A stretch of DNA of 21,184 nt from Nanobdellati archaeon (GTDB taxonomy: Archaea; EX4484-52; WAPT01), in assembly GCA_015520605.1 (NCBI GenBank), contig WAPT01000014.1, positions 1 to 21,184 on the forward strand. The letters are read 5' to 3'. The translations under genes were made by a program, and so were the position numbers. Every line of letters begins with the position of its first letter. Position 1 is the stretch's first letter. The notes under the pieces are model-generated. The model made no database searches, was not told where the DNA came from, and saw nothing but the letters and a program-made list of their open reading frames with translations. Of the stretch, positions 17,347-21,184 are shown piece by piece.

Positions 17347-17961
17347 CTAAATTAGCATGCCCAGGAACTTCAAGAATAATCCGAGCAGTCCGTTGAACAT
17401 CACGTTGCCAACGTAAGTCATATCTGTCAGTTCGGGCTTACCCGAAACAATGAAATCGAGAAGTATTCTTCCCAGATTTGCCATGATTGCACACATGAAG
17501 AGCAGTTCTGGGATTGGAAAATGACCTTTAAGGAGCGAGGCTGAGAACGCTGCAACACCGTACCCAAAAGCATAACTTCCAAACGGTATGGAATCTTCAT
17601 CCGAATCCAGATCTATAAATTTTGATATTGTGCTGATCATCCCAACCGTGAGATAGGAATAGATGAATGCCAGAACCGCGTTAAACTTCACCCCCACAAG
17701 CACACACCCAAGAGTTATGAGCTCCATACCCAGATCACTCAGGCCGAGCTCCCATATGCAGTCCTCGAAGACATGATAGGAGAACCATATTATCAGAAAG
17801 GGTATCAAAAGATCGAAACCTCCAATAAAGTATGAAATGAGAGATCCGAGGAAGAATTCATGAAATTTATAAGGGAAGGTCTGGATAACCTCCTTTATTC
17901 TCAGAAAGTTTATCCGAATAGTTGGTATTTCTTTCGATATCTCCTCTCTGTTCTTTTTCAT
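17347..17961 (-). CDS. Hypothetical multi-pass membrane protein
   Basis: About 6-7 hydrophobic segments; TTTAAA about 23 nt upstream of ATG 17961; no family recognised. Confidence 0.7.
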   Translation of the reverse strand: MKKNREEISKEIPTIRINFLRIKEVIQTFPYKFHEFFLGSLISYFIGGFDLLIPFLIIWFSYHVFEDCIWELGLSDLGMELITLGCVLVGVKFNAVLAFIYSYLTVGMISTISKFIDLDSDEDSIPFGSYAFGYGVAAFSASLLKGHFPIPELLFMCAIMANLGRILLDFIVSGKPELTDMTYVGNVMFNGLLGLFLKFLGMLI

Positions 17962-18180
17962 GGGTGTTCTCTTGCTCAAAACATTTAAATTTTTTAGATC
18001 AGGAGGGCAAATTTTTCTCTACCTCTCAAGCATCAGACAGAGATTTTTGTGGTGTGCTCAGGGTTTAATTCAAGGGTGTCTGTTTGAGTTGTATGGTAAG
18101 CAGTTTACTTGCTGGAAGTTTGTGAGGTTGCAGAAGTGAAATTGGGGCAGGCCCTCACACATCTTATAACACTTTTCTTA

Positions 18181-18687
18181 TTATTCTCTCATCATAATGG
18201 CAACCTTTTCTTCTTCCTGCCCATTTATTTCAAACAGAGAAAGGAGCTTGCATCCATTATTTGTAAGGCGTTCCACTTCCGCGTTCATTTTGTGCTCATA
18301 CCTTTTGGGCAACGATATAATAAGAATACCTCCATTTTTCAGAGGTTCAATGTCTATTTTTCTCTTAAGAAGGTGGAGAACGTCTATGCAGAAAATAACA
18401 TCAAAAATCTCCCGCTTGAATGGGAGTGCTTCACCCATCCCCACAACTTTAAGGCTTGTTCTGTTCTTTCTGATCGCTTCCTTATCAACATCCATAGCTA
18501 CAAAAACTCTCGGCTTGATTCCTCTCTCCTCCAGAAAATCGTGCAGAAATCCCTTGGATGAGCCGACATCAAAGATGTATTTGTTGTTGAGTTCAAGCCC
18601 ATACAATCCAAGATTTTCCAGAATCACCTCGTACTTTTCGTACTGAATTTTCCTCCAGCTCTCGTAAATCTTTGTAAAGAAGGTCAT
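18181..18687 (-). CDS. Class I SAM-dependent methyltransferase (short)
   Basis: IFDVGSSKG (motif I variant), AMDVD, GEALPFKREIFDVIF, LKNGGILII. Confidence 0.8.
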   Translation of the reverse strand: MTFFTKIYESWRKIQYEKYEVILENLGLYGLELNNKYIFDVGSSKGFLHDFLEERGIKPRVFVAMDVDKEAIRKNRTSLKVVGMGEALPFKREIFDVIFCIDVLHLLKRKIDIEPLKNGGILIISLPKRYEHKMNAEVERLTNNGCKLLSLFEINGQEEEKVAIMMRE

Positions 18688-18738
18688 GAACTGCCATGTG
18701 GAGCAACCCTTTTAATATTTTTTAGCCAAACACCACTC

Positions 18739-20175
18739 ATGCCAATAAGGATCTACAACACCATGACAAGAAAAAAGGAAGAGTTTGTTCCACTTGAGGA
18801 CGGGAAGGTAAGGATGTACGTTTGCGGCATAACGCCTTACGACTACAGCCACATAGGTCATGCGAGAAGCTGTGTTGCTTTTGATGTCATAAGAAGGTGG
18901 CTGGAGTACAGAGGATACGAGGTCATCTTCATCCAGAATTTTACAGATGTTGATGATAAAATAATAAACCGTGCTATTAAGGAAGGCAAAAATTTCAAGG
19001 AGGTATCTGAATATTTCATTAAGGCTTTTTTCGAGGATATCGTTGAGCCCCTCAATGTGAAGAGAGCCAGCCACTATCCAAAAGTTACCGAGCACATAAA
19101 AGAGATTGTGGAGCTCATTCAGAGGATCATAGACAATGGCCACGCTTACGTTCTGGATGATGGCACAGTGTATTTTCACGTGCCTTCATTCAAGGACTAC
19201 GGTAAGTTAAGCAAACAAAATCTTGAGGAGCTGAAACGCCACAGAATAGAGCCGGATCCGCGCAAAAAGGATGTCAGGGATTTTGCTTTGTGGAAAGCTG
19301 CAAAAGAAGAGGATTATAAAGCAGGTAGCGTTTTCGATTCACCGTGGGGTAAAGGCAGGCCGGGGTGGCACATAGAGTGTAGCGCGATGAGCATGAAGTA
19401 CCTTGGCGAGACTCTTGACATTCATGGTGGGGGAAAGGATCTCATCTTCCCGCATCATGAGAATGAGATAGCTCAGAGTGAAGCAGCCACTGGCAAAACT
19501 TTTGTGCGCTACTGGATGCACAACGAATTCGTTAACATCAGGGGAGAAAAGATGAGCAAGAGCCTCGGCAACATAGTCACGATGAGAGATCTTCTCCAGA
19601 AGTACGATCCAAGAGTCATAAGGTTCTTCCTTTCGAGTGTCCACTACAGAGACCCTGTAGACTTTGACGAGAGAGCAATTGAGGAAGCTGAAAAACTTTA
19701 TAGGAAGCTTGAGAACGCTCTGGAGATGCTTGATGCCGAGATAAACGCAACGAAGGATGATGGAAAACTTGATGAGGAAGCGGAGAAGGAGGTTGAAAAA
19801 TTTGTAAAGGAGTTTGAGGAAGCGATGGATGATGATTTTGATGCCTCTCGCGCTGCAAGAGTGCTTGTGGAATTTGCATCATTCATAAACAAATACGTGA
19901 ACACTTCCGGCCAGAAAATCAGGAAGAGTATGGAGAAAATGATGGAAAGCTTTCTCAAGCTAGCAAATGTGCTGGGTGTTTTTGAGGACTTCCAGAGAAG
20001 TGATGAACTTCATGAGGAAGAGAAAAAAATGATTGAGGAAAGAGAAAATCTCAGAAGGGAGAAAAGGTTTGAGGAAGCGGACAGAATAAGAGAAGAGCTG
20101 AGAAAAAGAGGCGTGATTCTTTACGATACGCCGAGAGGCGTCAGGTGGAGAAAGGTTAAAAGTACCTCAGAGTAA
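18739..20175 (+). CDS. cysS: Cysteinyl-tRNA synthetase
   Basis: MYVCGITPYDYSHIGH, QNFTDVDDKII, DFALWK, GRPGWHIECSAM, HGGG.DL.FPHHENE, KMSKS. Confidence 0.98.
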   Translation: MPIRIYNTMTRKKEEFVPLEDGKVRMYVCGITPYDYSHIGHARSCVAFDVIRRWLEYRGYEVIFIQNFTDVDDKIINRAIKEGKNFKEVSEYFIKAFFEDIVEPLNVKRASHYPKVTEHIKEIVELIQRIIDNGHAYVLDDGTVYFHVPSFKDYGKLSKQNLEELKRHRIEPDPRKKDVRDFALWKAAKEEDYKAGSVFDSPWGKGRPGWHIECSAMSMKYLGETLDIHGGGKDLIFPHHENEIAQSEAATGKTFVRYWMHNEFVNIRGEKMSKSLGNIVTMRDLLQKYDPRVIRFFLSSVHYRDPVDFDERAIEEAEKLYRKLENALEMLDAEINATKDDGKLDEEAEKEVEKFVKEFEEAMDDDFDASRAARVLVEFASFINKYVNTSGQKIRKSMEKMMESFLKLANVLGVFEDFQRSDELHEEEKKMIEERENLRREKRFEEADRIREELRKRGVILYDTPRGVRWRKVKSTSE

Positions 20176-20646
20176 CTTCTCAATCTCCTCCTCGCTGAAC
20201 ACCTCTATGCTGTGTTGTTTGAGTAATGCAGTAGTAACTCCTTCTCCACTCTTTATCCTTCCGTTGAACGTGCCGTCATAAATGTAATTCACTCCACATG
20301 ATGGGCTCCTTTCTTTCAGAAGAGCTTTCCTTATTCCAAGTGTTTTGCATATTAGAAGGGTCTGTTTCGCGCCCATCACAAAGTTCTGGGTAACATCTCT
20401 ACCGTCTTTGGTTATGACCCTGGCCTTTCCCTCTATAACATCCTTTCCGCTCCTATTCTGTTCTATCTCTGCGCTTGTTCTGGGTGTGCTCAACCCGCCA
20501 AGTTGTTCCGGACAGGCGGGAACAAGGATGTATCTATCCAGCAGCAATTCAAGCTTTCCCAGCTTCCTGTCCTTTCCGTCATAAGCTGTGCAGAGGCCAA
20601 AAAGGCATGCTGAGATTAGCAGAAGCTCCTTTCCCTTATACTCCAT
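20167..20646 (-). CDS. DUF523 family protein (TudS-like thiouracil desulfidase / YbbK-like)
   Basis: ISACL.G...YDG, CPEQLGGL.TPR, DVT..F..GA, LKERSPSCG, GEGVT.ALL. Confidence 0.88.
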   Translation of the reverse strand: MEYKGKELLLISACLFGLCTAYDGKDRKLGKLELLLDRYILVPACPEQLGGLSTPRTSAEIEQNRSGKDVIEGKARVITKDGRDVTQNFVMGAKQTLLICKTLGIRKALLKERSPSCGVNYIYDGTFNGRIKSGEGVTTALLKQHSIEVFSEEEIEKLL

Positions 20647-20716
20647 ATTAAATCTCAGCAAATCTTATTATTTTTAACTTTTGTGTGTAATAGATTGTTG
20701 GTAAGCTCTCTTCACT

Positions 20717-20852
20717 GCGGGGGTTGCCGAGCCTGGTCAAAGGCGCGGGATTCAGGGTCCCGTCCCTTAGTGGGTTCGAGGGTTCAAATGTTGCGGAAGC
20801 AAAAAAAGCTGGGGATAATGTGGCTCCGCAACTGAAAATCCCTCCCCCCGCA
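20717..20852 (+). tRNA. tRNA-Leu(CAG) with a 50-nt intron (20789-20838) in the T-loop at position 59/60; CCA not encoded
   Basis: Acceptor GCGGGGG/CCCCCGC+A, D arm GCC..GGC, anticodon arm CGGGA-TTCAGGG-TCCCG, long variable arm CCC-TTAGT-GGG, T stem GAGGG/CCCTC interrupted by a BHB-bounded insert. Confidence 0.93.
20789..20838 (+). other. BHB tRNA intron
   Basis: Outer helix GAGGG/CCCTC; central 4-bp helix TTCA(20783-86)/TGAA(20833-36); two 3-nt bulges AAT (20787-89, 20837-39); inner helix GTTGCGGA/TCCGCAAC. Confidence 0.9.
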
Positions 20853-20859
20853 CTTTTTC
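20853..20859 (+). terminator. Oligo-T terminator candidate after tRNA-Leu
   Basis: CTTTTTC immediately after the discriminator base. Confidence 0.45.
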
Positions 20860-20971
20860 AAGAATTAATATGTTATATAAGGATGTGCAAATGATATAAA
20901 CCGAGGTATGGCAGAGGAGAAGTAAACATTTCAGCTTAACAATTTAGCGAACGATTCAATAAGACGTATAT

Positions 20972-21184
20972 GGTGCTGTCAAATTAACACCTCCAGTAGT
21001 TGTAGAAAGCCATAAAGCTTTCCAACCAGCTCTGAACAGAATCAAAAGAACTCCTAAAAGGAAATCTGTTCCAGAACCTCTTTGTTCTTTCTTTAAGCCT
21101 AAAAAAGAACCTTTCTACGGAATTTCTTCTGCCAAACGTCTCATGCTCGTATTTTAAACAACTTTGTAAAGCCCATTTGTACCA
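20972..21184 (-). mobile_element. Right end of an IS6-family insertion sequence, truncated by the window edge
   Basis: Terminal inverted repeat GGTGCTGTCAAATT from 20972 (IS6-type GGnnCTGT end), overlapping the transposase stop codon. Confidence 0.8.
20984..21184 (-). CDS. IS6-family DDE transposase, C-terminal 66 aa (partial; absent from the ORF track)
   Basis: Manual translation: WYKWALQSCLKYEHETFGRRNSVERFFFRLKERTKRFWNRFPFRSSFDSVQSWLESFMAFYNYWRC*. It has the N-x-x-E-(x6)-K DDE helix typical of archaeal IS6 transposases. Confidence 0.85.
   Translation of the reverse strand, partial: WYKWALQSCLKYEHETFGRRNSVERFFFRLKERTKRFWNRFPFRSSFDSVQSWLESFMAFYNYWRC

Noticed and set aside
17347-17961. Membrane protein as a YdjM/DUF457-type metal-dependent hydrolase (YHVFED)
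   Set aside because: Only one HxxxD-like motif is present; the other family motifs are not evident.
18109-18646. Plus-strand ORFs 18109..18561 and 18197..18646, and the other short antisense or nested ORFs in the track
   Set aside because: Shadows of well-supported genes on the opposite strand or in another frame, with no recognisable motifs.
20789-20838. tRNA intron as a C/D-box guide RNA
   Set aside because: CTGA is present (20832-20835) but forms part of the BHB helices, and there is no convincing RUGAUGA C box.

Overview
Gene-dense archaeal chromosomal window. Evidence for archaeal origin: a DGGGP-synthase-type UbiA gene, a PGF-pre-PGF surface protein, BRE/TATA promoters about 25 nt upstream of apparently leaderless starts, and a tRNA intron with a bulge-helix-bulge (BHB) motif. 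The lineage cannot be fixed from sequence alone. The window holds about 23 intact CDS, including metG, cysS, endonuclease IV, two radical SAM proteins, HAD, GNAT, a methyltransferase and DUF523. It also holds tRNA-Val(GAC), a tRNA-Leu(CAG) with a 50-nt intron in the T-loop (position 59/60), a decayed 3' fragment of a COG1373 ATPase, and the end of an IS6-family element that the ORF track missed. The best candidate for an undescribed system is the co-oriented run at 10824-15117: retropepsin-like (RimB-type) protease, catalytically degenerate RimK paralogue, intact RimK ATP-grasp ligase, DUF72 and a DUF1704/MATCAP-type HExxxH carboxypeptidase. This could be an archaeal 'writer + pseudo-enzyme partner + two erasers' (poly)glutamylation module, and its last gene overlaps the HIGH-motif codons of metG. 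All family calls are by motif recognition only; no database searches were run.
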